From Promethearchaeota archaeon (GTDB taxonomy: Archaea > Asgardarchaeota > Lokiarchaeia > Sigyniarchaeales > SOKP01), in assembly GCA_048941285.1 (NCBI GenBank), contig JBHLNS010000009.1:1-64000 (forward strand): 64,000 bases of DNA. Direction: 5' to 3'. The translations under genes were made by a program, and so were the position numbers. Positions 9,140 to 18,197 of this stretch are shown in pieces. The first letter of the stretch is position 1. The number at the start of each line of letters is the position of its first letter. The notes under the pieces are model-generated. The model made no database searches. It saw nothing but the letters and a program-made list of their open reading frames with translations, and was not told where the DNA came from.

Positions 9140-10084
9140 CTGACCTATTGCGAATTTTGCGGTGATCAAATTACTTATTTACCATTTAATTGTAAGTATT
9201 GTGGTGGTACTTATTGTAAAAAGCATAGATTACCTGAAAATCACGACTGTACATTTGAACTAAAACATGTACCTGTAGTCCCTACTAGTCAGAAGGACAC
9301 TTATGGACAATACGAGGATATCGCAATTAAAAGACCTGTATCTAAAGTTTATTTAGATGAAGAACCAAAAGCATTCAAGAAATATTTAAGAAGGCAAGAA
9401 AAACAAAATGAAAGAACCTTGAGGTTATATCAGAAACCCTATAAGAGATTGTCTCAATATCAGGGAACTAAAACCCTCTTTATTTTAATTATAATATTCT
9501 CTATTACAGCTTTATTTTTTAGTTATTACGAAATTCCTGAGTATATTTCTTTAAGTTTATACGGACTTATATATAAATTCACATACTGGACTTTTCTTAC
9601 AAGTCTTTTTGTAGGTACTGATAATTGGTTAAGTCTGTTTTTCTTGGTAATTATATTATTTATTTTATATTTTATGGCTAGAAATATTGAAACCAGTCAA
9701 GGAACTAAATTTTTAGTAATATTGTATATAATTAGTTGCTTATTTACCGCACTATTCTATGTTTTATTAAGAATTTCATTAATTTTTTTTTACCCTTTAG
9801 ATTTTGCTCCTCCACTACATATTGGCTTAGCATGGGGGGGAATCTTAGGATTATTATCTTATTCTCTATTTCCAATTATGAATAGAAAAATAACTGCTTT
9901 TATGTATTTTCTTCCAATTAGAATGAACGGGAGATCGTTTTTGTTGCTCATTATTCTTCTAAGGTTGTTTCCAGTAATTCTTTTTGCGTGGTATTACCCT
10001 TATTACATTGTATTTTACTTACCAGAATTGGGTGGAATATTAGGAGCATATATTGTATATAAGTATCAATTTAATTTACGATAA
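9140..10084 (+). CDS. AN1-type Zn finger fused to a rhomboid-like membrane domain lacking the catalytic dyad
   Basis: The frame is open 93 codons upstream of the track start (9419) and encodes TYCEFCG...CKYCGGTYCKKHRLPENHDC from CTG 9140. Rhomboid-like YWTFLTSLF; GLAWGG and PELGG replace GxSG and xHLGG. Confidence 0.78.
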   Translation: MTYCEFCGDQITYLPFNCKYCGGTYCKKHRLPENHDCTFELKHVPVVPTSQKDTYGQYEDIAIKRPVSKVYLDEEPKAFKKYLRRQEKQNERTLRLYQKPYKRLSQYQGTKTLFILIIIFSITALFFSYYEIPEYISLSLYGLIYKFTYWTFLTSLFVGTDNWLSLFFLVIILFILYFMARNIETSQGTKFLVILYIISCLFTALFYVLLRISLIFFYPLDFAPPLHIGLAWGGILGLLSYSLFPIMNRKITAFMYFLPIRMNGRSFLLLIILLRLFPVILFAWYYPYYIVFYLPELGGILGAYIVYKYQFNLR

Positions 10085-10178
10085 TTTCATGAAAGAAAAG
10101 TTGTTTGAATTCATAAAAATTATCAAGGAAAAAGTCTTTATTTTCATATCCTATTGAATATATAAAATTATTTGAATA

Positions 10179-10841
10179 GTGAAAATGCCTGGTAATAAAA
10201 CATCTAGAATCATAGAATTAAATGCAGATTTGATCGAAAATAATGATAGACTAGCAGAAGAAAATAAAAAAATATTAAAGGATAAAAATATAAAAAGCTT
10301 TGATTTTGTTGGAGCTATAGGAGCAGGTAAAACAGCGATTATTGAAGGTATTGTTAAAAAAATTTCACAAGATTATAAAGTTCTTGTCATTAATGGCGAT
10401 GTGGCTACTAGAATAGATGCTGATAGAATTGAAAAACATGGCGTGCGAACAATTCAAATTAATACCGGACGTGAGTGTGCACTCAATTCATATCATATCT
10501 CCCAAGTTTTAAAGAATTATAATTTAAATGAAATTGACATAGTATTTATTGAAAACGTAGGGAATTTGATTTGTCCTTCTGATTTTATTTTAGGTGTTGA
10601 CAAACGGATTGTAATAGTATCAATAACAGAAGGTCCATGGGTAATTCGTAAACATCCAATGTTATTTAAATTTTCTGATGTTGCTATTATTAACAAGATT
10701 GATTTAAAAGATGTTATGGACGTAAATATTGAAGAGATGATAAAAGATGCTAGAGAAATTAATCCAAATCTCAAAATATTTGTTACAAGTGCTAGAACTG
10801 GGGAAAATATCTCCAAATTTATAAATTATATCTTAAATTAG
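10179..10841 (+). CDS. hypB: Hydrogenase nickel-incorporation GTPase HypB
   Basis: GAIGAGKT, QINTGREC, FIENVGNLICP, KHPMLF, INKID, SARTGE. Confidence 0.92.
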   Translation: MKMPGNKTSRIIELNADLIENNDRLAEENKKILKDKNIKSFDFVGAIGAGKTAIIEGIVKKISQDYKVLVINGDVATRIDADRIEKHGVRTIQINTGRECALNSYHISQVLKNYNLNEIDIVFIENVGNLICPSDFILGVDKRIVIVSITEGPWVIRKHPMLFKFSDVAIINKIDLKDVMDVNIEEMIKDAREINPNLKIFVTSARTGENISKFINYILN

Positions 10842-10899
10842 GTAAAATAAGAATAAAAGCAAAAGAATATAATATTATTATTAACTAAAAAAGTTCTGA

Positions 10900-11319
10900 T
10901 TGATTATGTCAATAAGGCAATATAATACGGAGTTAGGAACTTTAATTGATAAGATTGTTAAGGTTTACATTGATAAGGATAAATTTTTTGTGGGGCAATT
11001 AAAGGGAATTTCAGAAGACTCCAATTTAATTCTTATTAATGCTAAAAATGAAAAGAACAAGTCATTTCCAAAATTGTTTGTAAGAAGTAATTTTTATGAT
11101 TTTATAAGCCTAGAAGAAGAACCTTTTCCTATGCAGGCTTTAGCGGATAGAATTGCAACGATTTTCACAAAAGGGCATGTAGATTATATTGAAGATCAGA
11201 ATATAATATCAATCTTAAGTGGAAAAATTATTGTTGATGAGAACGGAGTGAGAGGAGAAGGTCCTTCAGCTGATAGAGTTAGGAAAATTTATGAGCAATT
11301 TAAAATGGATTTGGAATAA
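10900..11319 (+). CDS. Sm-like protein with C-terminal domain (SmAP3-type)
   Basis: Sm1 motif GQLKGISEDSNLILINA, then a C-terminal domain ...KIIVDENGVRGEGPSADRVRKIYEQF. Confidence 0.8.
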   Translation: MIMSIRQYNTELGTLIDKIVKVYIDKDKFFVGQLKGISEDSNLILINAKNEKNKSFPKLFVRSNFYDFISLEEEPFPMQALADRIATIFTKGHVDYIEDQNIISILSGKIIVDENGVRGEGPSADRVRKIYEQFKMDLE

Positions 11320-11354
11320 GATTAATTTTTATAAATTATATTTTTTTATTAATT

Positions 11355-11864
11355 TTATTCTGTGAATAAATTCAGCAAATTTTTTAATTCTATATCCATA
11401 ATTACATTTTTCATAATAGCTTTCCCTAACGGGGATACTTTAATAATACCTAACTCATCAAATTTTCTGATATAATCATTATCAATCAAAAAATGAATAT
11501 CTGTGTCCCATACATCATCAAAAATTTCTTTTAAATCATCAATTTTTATATTCTCATCAACTTCTTTGCTTAAAGCAATTATTAATGCTAAAGTTCCATA
11601 CTGAGATGGAGTTATATTATCATCTTTTCCCTCAGAAGTAAGAATATAAAATTGTTGTTCAAGAAACTTAGTTTTAATAAGCTCTAAACCTACATTTCTT
11701 AAATTCATATAAACTTGACTCATAATTTCTTCGAAATTGAAATTTTGGCTTAGATTTTTAAGATCTGCTTCTCGAATAACTTTTTGAGGATTTGTTAAAA
11801 TAAGTTTGGTAATATTTTTTACAGTTTCGCTTATTTCATTACTATTAATAGTCAATATATTCAA
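11355..11864 (-). CDS. Tandem winged-helix protein, MAGE/Nse3 (KITE)-like
   Basis: FEEIMSQVYMNLRNVGLEL..FYIL..GTLALIIAL..FLIDNDYI follows MAGE/Nse3 spacing (by eye); overlaps the end of the SMC-like gene. Confidence 0.55.
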   Translation of the reverse strand: MNILTINSNEISETVKNITKLILTNPQKVIREADLKNLSQNFNFEEIMSQVYMNLRNVGLELIKTKFLEQQFYILTSEGKDDNITPSQYGTLALIIALSKEVDENIKIDDLKEIFDDVWDTDIHFLIDNDYIRKFDELGIIKVSPLGKAIMKNVIMDIELKNLLNLFTE

Positions 11865-13474
11865 CTCTCTTTAACTGTTATTACTTTTAATTTTTTAATT
11901 GCTTCTTTTAATTCTAAGTTTGATATAATAAAAGTAATATTAAATTTTGATAAAGTAGGTTCCATTTCAAATATAGGTATAATTTTTCTAATAGTCCGAT
12001 AAATAGAACCTGCTTTATTATATTGTTTTAAAATTGATACGTTTGAAAAAATAATATTATTTTCATTAATATGGAGTTTAATTGAGATGTAAAACACAAT
12101 AATAAAGAATATTTTTTCTGGTGTGGTTAATTCCTCAAATATAATTTGTTCTTTATCTTTTCTTATAAATATTATACTAATGTAAAAGCCTTTTTGGTCT
12201 TCAGTTAATGTTATTCTAATTTGAGATTTTATATTAACTTCCGTTAGGAACTTGTTCATAAAGAATTCGATATTAGACAGAGAATTCTCTAATTCTTCGA
12301 ATTGTTTAAAGCTCTGAGAAATTTCTTTTTCATTGATTGTAATAAACATTTCTGATTTATTATGGATTATTTCTTCATCAATTTTCATGAGTTTTTTTAT
12401 AATTAGAGATAAATCAAAAGGATCTTGAGGATTGAAATAGGTATTTGGTAAGCTATATTTATTTAATTCAATTTCAGTTTTATCAATACTATTTTTTATT
12501 TCTTTTGAGGATCTTAGAATTTTTAAATCAAATATATCAATATCTTTAATTTCTGTATTCTTTTCATCTTTAAATTTGTTTTTTAGTTCAGATTGTAATT
12601 CTTTTATTCTTTTTTTATCGTTATTGATTATTTCTAATAGAGATTGGTGATCCTTTTCAATTATTTTGTAAAGAGGGGTAAGCCCATCAAGCTTAATTTG
12701 AGTTTCTTTTTTTTTAGTTGTTATTTCATTAATTTCGAATTGAATTTCTTTAGCCTTCTTTTGAATTGCTCGAATTTTCTCTGCATTTGATAAATCTCCT
12801 TCAGATTCTATTATATCAATTTTTATAACTTGTTTTGACTCATGCTTATCTCCTCCCATTTCTCTAGTAATCCGATTTATTTGGTTAAAACACTGTTTCT
12901 TTTGGTTAGTTAATTGTTGAATTTTATTATTATAATTATCTAATGTGATTTTAATCTCATTAATCTGGCTTTTACGTTGAAAATAATCTTCTTCGAATAG
13001 CTTCAATTTGTTTTCATTATTAGCTAAAGATTCATTCAATTTATTCAATAAATCTTTTGTAGCAGCAATATCACTTGATTTTTTAGATTGAATTGATAAT
13101 TCTAATTCTCTTAATAGAGACTCTTTTTCTTTGAGAAAGCTAATATATTGGAGAAGGGATAATAAATTATAGATAATTTCATTATATTGAGAAGTAGTGG
13201 CTATATTATTAATAATAATTCTACGATATTCATGGAAAAAGTATAATAGCTCATTAGCTTTTAATAAATCTTGAAATTCTTCTTTTTGTTCTTTTAAAAA
13301 ATCCACAAATTTATCTATAGGAATATTATTTAAATCCTGAGAAATTTCAAGAAATATATCACTTTTATATTCAGTTAATAAATTCTTTTTAATTTTCCCG
13401 TTAATTAGTGTGAATTTATCATTAATTAATATATCCTTTGAGCCGATGGTTACTTTAAAATTACTTGTTGAAAT
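11861..13474 (-). CDS. Short SMC/Rad50-like coiled-coil protein with degenerate ABC motifs
   Basis: Long heptad coiled coil; C-terminal FEELTTPEK at the LSGGE position and IIFSNV at the Walker B position. The frame is open upstream of the track start (13306) to ATT 13474, which follows SD-like GAAGGT. Confidence 0.6.
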   Translation of the reverse strand: MSTSNFKVTIGSKDILINDKFTLINGKIKKNLLTEYKSDIFLEISQDLNNIPIDKFVDFLKEQKEEFQDLLKANELLYFFHEYRRIIINNIATTSQYNEIIYNLLSLLQYISFLKEKESLLRELELSIQSKKSSDIAATKDLLNKLNESLANNENKLKLFEEDYFQRKSQINEIKITLDNYNNKIQQLTNQKKQCFNQINRITREMGGDKHESKQVIKIDIIESEGDLSNAEKIRAIQKKAKEIQFEINEITTKKKETQIKLDGLTPLYKIIEKDHQSLLEIINNDKKRIKELQSELKNKFKDEKNTEIKDIDIFDLKILRSSKEIKNSIDKTEIELNKYSLPNTYFNPQDPFDLSLIIKKLMKIDEEIIHNKSEMFITINEKEISQSFKQFEELENSLSNIEFFMNKFLTEVNIKSQIRITLTEDQKGFYISIIFIRKDKEQIIFEELTTPEKIFFIIVFYISIKLHINENNIIFSNVSILKQYNKAGSIYRTIRKIIPIFEMEPTLSKFNITFIISNLELKEAIKKLKVITVKES

Positions 13475-13498
13475 ATTTTATACCTTCTATTTTTTTTA

Positions 13499-14536
13499 TT
13501 AATTATCAAAATGCTCTTCAAATTGTTTATACTCTTTATCTTTTCTTTTCTTTCTTTCTCGAATTAAATCAATTGGATCTTTATCTTCATCATTTTGAAT
13601 CATATATTTATCATTAAAGCTTTTTTCAAATTGAGACTTAAATTTTTTAATTTTTTCAGAAATTTCATCACTGATCTCAATTGAATTATTCTCAATAGGT
13701 TTTTTGGAAACAGTTGTTAATTTTTCCCTACTTTTCTTCCTCCTAAGTCTCTTAAACTCACTATCGGAGAGCTTTAAATAATTTTCATAAGTTGTTTTCT
13801 GTTCTTCTTGTCTCTTCTTTAATTTTTCTATTTCCTCTTTCTCTTTAACTTTTTCAATAATTGCCCTTTTAGCCCTCAACTCTTGTTGAGTTAATTTGCT
13901 CTCAATAGTTTGAAAAAATTCATCGAAAGTCAATGTAGGATTTTCTTTGAAAACTTTTTTATAATTTTTTATCAAATTTGGATCGATATCTTTAGGAATC
14001 CTTGTTAATTCTTCTTTAAGTTTTATCTCGATTAAATTTTGATAATAACGCTTAGATTTCTTTATAGATTTTAAGAAGATTGTATTGTGTTTTAATGTAT
14101 CAAGAAGCTCCAACCAACTTGAAATTTCAATTGACGGCACAAATGAAACAAAATCGATGATTTTACTAATTTTTTTTCCTTCTACTAAATTTAATCCTAT
14201 TTTTTTTGTTATCTCTTTATCGATGCTTAATTTTTTTAAATTCTCCTTAAATCTTTCTTTATATTTCGTAATCAATTGGTTCTGAAAATCCAGAAAGCTA
14301 TTGAGATTAACTTTTGAAAGTTTATCTAACTTATCGTTTACATTTTGTAACAATTCTTTTATTATTGCGATCTGGGAGGAAAAATTCTTATCAGTAACAT
14401 CTTTTTCAACATATTGAATATTTTTTGATAATTTAGACGAAGTATCGTGTATTTGATTTAACTCTACTTGTAGATCTTCAATAGGTCTTGTTAATTCCCT
14501 AATCTTTTCTAGATTAAATATTTGGTAAGGATTCAT
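13499..14536 (-). CDS. Hypothetical coiled-coil, highly charged protein
   Basis: 345-aa ORF within a co-directional operon; heptad-rich. Confidence 0.75.
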   Translation of the reverse strand: MNPYQIFNLEKIRELTRPIEDLQVELNQIHDTSSKLSKNIQYVEKDVTDKNFSSQIAIIKELLQNVNDKLDKLSKVNLNSFLDFQNQLITKYKERFKENLKKLSIDKEITKKIGLNLVEGKKISKIIDFVSFVPSIEISSWLELLDTLKHNTIFLKSIKKSKRYYQNLIEIKLKEELTRIPKDIDPNLIKNYKKVFKENPTLTFDEFFQTIESKLTQQELRAKRAIIEKVKEKEEIEKLKKRQEEQKTTYENYLKLSDSEFKRLRRKKSREKLTTVSKKPIENNSIEISDEISEKIKKFKSQFEKSFNDKYMIQNDEDKDPIDLIRERKKRKDKEYKQFEEHFDN

Positions 14537-14565
14537 AAGAATTATTTTAAAAAGTTTTATTATTT

Positions 14566-15675
14566 CTATATTTCTGGAGGTCCAAAACTCTTACTTCTAT
14601 TTTTTTTAGAAGTATTTGAAAATGTTTGAGCTTTTTTAGCATCGCTTAGAACATCTTGTCTATCAACATGAATAGCAGTGCCACCAACTAACTTTAAAGA
14701 ATTATAAAAATCATCATAATTTAATAATCCTGTATTAATTGACTTTAATAAGGCGACCCTTGTACCTCTTTCAATATCTGATCCAGAATATCCATATGAT
14801 AGCTCTAAAAGGCCTCCTCTTTGATTCTTTTTCCTAAATTCTTCCCATAGAAGCCCATTGTCAAATTCAGATATAATTTTCCCTAATTTTGTTTCTAACT
14901 CTTTTGAAATTGCTTGAACTTTTTCATATTCACCATTTAAATTTGAAAGAATTGAATCATCTACTCCAATTTTGGAATTTTTTATTTTGGTGACAAATGA
15001 TTCGATTATTTTTTTTCTTAAATGAAAATCAGGAAACTCAAATTTAAAATGAAATGTAAACCGACGCCATATTGCTGAATCTAGCTGATGTTGATGATTT
15101 GTAGCCCCAAAAATCGCAAGAGGTACTCCTTCATAATTTACTCTATCAATCACTTGGAGAAAAGAAATTACTGCTCTTTTAATTTCTCCTACTTCATGAA
15201 TATTAGATCTCTCAGAGCCAATTGCATCAATTTCATCAAAGAATAACACAAAGGCATTTCTTTCTTTAGAAATTTCAGCGGCTAATTCTACAACTCCACG
15301 AATATTTTTGATAGTATCCCCTAATAAGGGTGAAACTAACCTATCCGACTCTACAACACATATTGGAATATTATATTTCTTGGCAAATCCCCTTGTTAAA
15401 GATGTTTTTCCAGTACCTGGAGGTCCATAAAGAAGTACAGTGAGGTTTGGAGCCAATTTTGTTGTTTTTAAATTTTCTGTGAATTCATTATATTTTTTTA
15501 AAGCTTTAAAAAAGTCATCTAAAATTTCTTTTTTTCCTTCATTTCCTAATATATCGTCTACAGTTTCTTTAATATCTGAAGGAAAATAAATTGCGCCATA
15601 TTTACCAAGTCGCTCTTTAATAACATCATCAGTATATACTAATTTATCATCCTTCTCATTATTAGTTTTAGGCAT
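14566..15675 (-). CDS. Single-domain AAA+ ATPase
   Basis: Walker A GPPGTGKT, Walker B LFFDEID, SRH ATNHQHQLDSAIWRRF, GYSGSDIE. Confidence 0.92.
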   Translation of the reverse strand: MPKTNNEKDDKLVYTDDVIKERLGKYGAIYFPSDIKETVDDILGNEGKKEILDDFFKALKKYNEFTENLKTTKLAPNLTVLLYGPPGTGKTSLTRGFAKKYNIPICVVESDRLVSPLLGDTIKNIRGVVELAAEISKERNAFVLFFDEIDAIGSERSNIHEVGEIKRAVISFLQVIDRVNYEGVPLAIFGATNHQHQLDSAIWRRFTFHFKFEFPDFHLRKKIIESFVTKIKNSKIGVDDSILSNLNGEYEKVQAISKELETKLGKIISEFDNGLLWEEFRKKNQRGGLLELSYGYSGSDIERGTRVALLKSINTGLLNYDDFYNSLKLVGGTAIHVDRQDVLSDAKKAQTFSNTSKKNRSKSFGPPEI

Positions 15676-15697
15676 ATTATATCAACTTTGTATAAAA

Positions 15698-17008
15698 TTA
15701 ATTTTTTTTTATATTTTTATTTTCAAAACTCCCACAAAAGAGAGCAATTTCATTAATTAATATTTTAAGATTATCTATTTGGGATCCTATAAAATTAAAG
15801 ATTTCTTTTCGGTATTGAATTGAATCTCTAATTTTCATTTTATCTAATCCTAAATAATTAGGAAAACATATTAATTTCATTAAATATGGTAGAACCTTTT
15901 CATTTGTTTGAAGATCTTTAAAGATAGTATAAAATATATTTTCATCAGATAATTTCCATTTTAAAATACCCATATATACCAGAAATGCACAATTCATTGA
16001 AATCCAATTAACTAGTTCTTTTGACAAAAAACCTCTTCTTTGAGAGGCAAAAGCTAAATAATAAAGTATAAAAGTTTCATTACTAAATTGTGGATAAAAC
16101 CTTATTATTCCATCTGATTGTTTATTTTCACGCAAGAAATTATTTTCTAATAAAAGTTCTACAGAATCCTCCTGTGGTGCTAAAAATATCCCATCTATAA
16201 GACGTAAACCAATTCGTTCAGCAACTTTCTCTAAAGCCTCTTCTTCTGCATTTGCGATTGAATCAATATAGGGTAAAAATATATCGTTCTTCAAGATCAT
16301 AGGAATTTCGTGATTTTTTTTTTCTGGGAATTCCCCAAAATTAGGATCCAAATTGTAGAGTGAAGTTATATTATTTATTATTTGGTATATCTTAGGTGAT
16401 ATTCCAGGAATTTCAAAATAATCTGGATTTTCTAAATTTTCTCGATAAAATGTGTGAGGCTGTAAAAGGTGTCGTTGACACTCATAAAAATTAGTAGAAT
16501 GCTGTAATAAATTATTATATATGATTCTTAGGTTTGCGCCACGTGGGAATAGTTTATCCTCAATAAATTTAACTAATTGATATAGATACGTATTTTCTAA
16601 ATTGGATTCATCAGGATTGGTGATATGGCGTAAAGTATTCAACGCATTAATAGATTCATGAAGGAAATCTACAATATAATCTTTAATATCAATTATAGGG
16701 ATTTTTTCTCTATACTTAACAATAAAATCCTTGATAATTTCATAAATATTAGATCTATACATAGCAGAAAATTCTGAAAGTGCCCTAACTTTACGAATAT
16801 TTCTTTTTTCTTCTTCTTGACGTATTTTATCGAGAATTTCTGTATCTAGAAGTAAATCAGCATCTAAATCAAGAATTATTCTTCTTGTTTCTCTTAGGAT
16901 TGGACGCATATGACTCAAGAATGTTAAGTACCGTGGTAAAATATCTGTCCATTTCTCTCTTTTCCTTCCCGGTTTGACTGTTCTCGTAGATTTTTTCTTA
17001 TAACTCAT
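15698..17008 (-). CDS. Hypothetical protein
   Basis: 436-aa ORF tightly packed in the operon; no motif recognised. Confidence 0.8.
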   Translation of the reverse strand: MSYKKKSTRTVKPGRKREKWTDILPRYLTFLSHMRPILRETRRIILDLDADLLLDTEILDKIRQEEEKRNIRKVRALSEFSAMYRSNIYEIIKDFIVKYREKIPIIDIKDYIVDFLHESINALNTLRHITNPDESNLENTYLYQLVKFIEDKLFPRGANLRIIYNNLLQHSTNFYECQRHLLQPHTFYRENLENPDYFEIPGISPKIYQIINNITSLYNLDPNFGEFPEKKNHEIPMILKNDIFLPYIDSIANAEEEALEKVAERIGLRLIDGIFLAPQEDSVELLLENNFLRENKQSDGIIRFYPQFSNETFILYYLAFASQRRGFLSKELVNWISMNCAFLVYMGILKWKLSDENIFYTIFKDLQTNEKVLPYLMKLICFPNYLGLDKMKIRDSIQYRKEIFNFIGSQIDNLKILINEIALFCGSFENKNIKKN

Positions 17009-17033
17009 TATTTTACCCTAATTCATAATTATT

Positions 17034-18173
17034 TTATTCTTCATTATATCCAACTAAAATTTCAGTAAAAATGTTAGAGATCTCAATAAAGATAGGTATT
17101 TCAACTCTACATAAGTTTCCCAATATCCATTTATTAACATCTTTAAGAAGAAATCTTATTTGATTATGGATTTTCTTATTAATTTCAGAGTCAATTATTT
17201 TAGAAAGCCATAATCCTCCTCCTATTCTATAAGCTATGATTTTGATAAGTGGTTCGAATAATGGTTCTAAAACTTGTTTCATCATCCAAGATTTTGGTAT
17301 AACACTCATATTTTTCTCGTTAAAATTAGGATCATTTAAAATGGGATTAGTTTCATCAATACTTAATTTTGGCATGAAACTAAGTAATAAAATTAATGCA
17401 AATATTGCTGAGATCCCATTAATTGTATAAGCCCCACCTATTTTCTCGATATTATCTCTGTTTATTGCTAAATTTGCTAAAAACATGCTTATAAAAACAG
17501 TTCTATCAAACTCTTCTGAAACATAAGCATATCCTAGTTCATCATCAATAATTAAATATTTCTCTTCAAGAATTTTAATGATTTCGTCAGGAAATGTATA
17601 AAAAACAAATACTTTTTCCTCACTTCTCCTTACATCTTTCTTGATCATAAGTTCTTTAGATATGAGTCCAAACATGTTTGAAAGTTCTTCAAGTTGTTTT
17701 TTTACATAATGACGCGGTTTATTAGGATCTCCAAACATAGCAAAAAATTGATGATCAACTATATGGAAATCATTTCTCTTACTAAACGCCTCAACCATTC
17801 TATCTATTATCGGCCCCTGAGTTCCAGTTGCTATAGCTTTTGCTTTAGAAGTTACAAATCCATTTAACAATTCATTGATAATAAAATCTTGTTCATGCGT
17901 TCTTGATTTCAATATGTTTTTTAATGCTTCAGAAAAACTCTTAGTATTAGGAAAAAAGGCATTTTGTATTTTATCATTAATCGATTTTATTAATATTTCT
18001 CCATTATTTTTAGGAAAGTGAAGTTTCATATTGTTTAATCTCTGGATCAAAGCTTCTTTTGCTCCTGGGATATTTTCTATATCTCTTTTTTGTAATACTT
18101 CAATTGCTCTTTCAAGATTCCCTTGAAAATCATTCAAGAGTTCTTTCCAAGTTGTATCTTGATCTTCTTTCAT
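17034..18173 (-). CDS. Hypothetical protein
   Basis: 379-aa ORF with SD-like GAGTGA upstream; no motif recognised. Confidence 0.8.
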   Translation of the reverse strand: MKEDQDTTWKELLNDFQGNLERAIEVLQKRDIENIPGAKEALIQRLNNMKLHFPKNNGEILIKSINDKIQNAFFPNTKSFSEALKNILKSRTHEQDFIINELLNGFVTSKAKAIATGTQGPIIDRMVEAFSKRNDFHIVDHQFFAMFGDPNKPRHYVKKQLEELSNMFGLISKELMIKKDVRRSEEKVFVFYTFPDEIIKILEEKYLIIDDELGYAYVSEEFDRTVFISMFLANLAINRDNIEKIGGAYTINGISAIFALILLLSFMPKLSIDETNPILNDPNFNEKNMSVIPKSWMMKQVLEPLFEPLIKIIAYRIGGGLWLSKIIDSEINKKIHNQIRFLLKDVNKWILGNLCRVEIPIFIEISNIFTEILVGYNEE

Positions 18174-18197
18174 GTTTTTATCACTCTTGGATACTTT

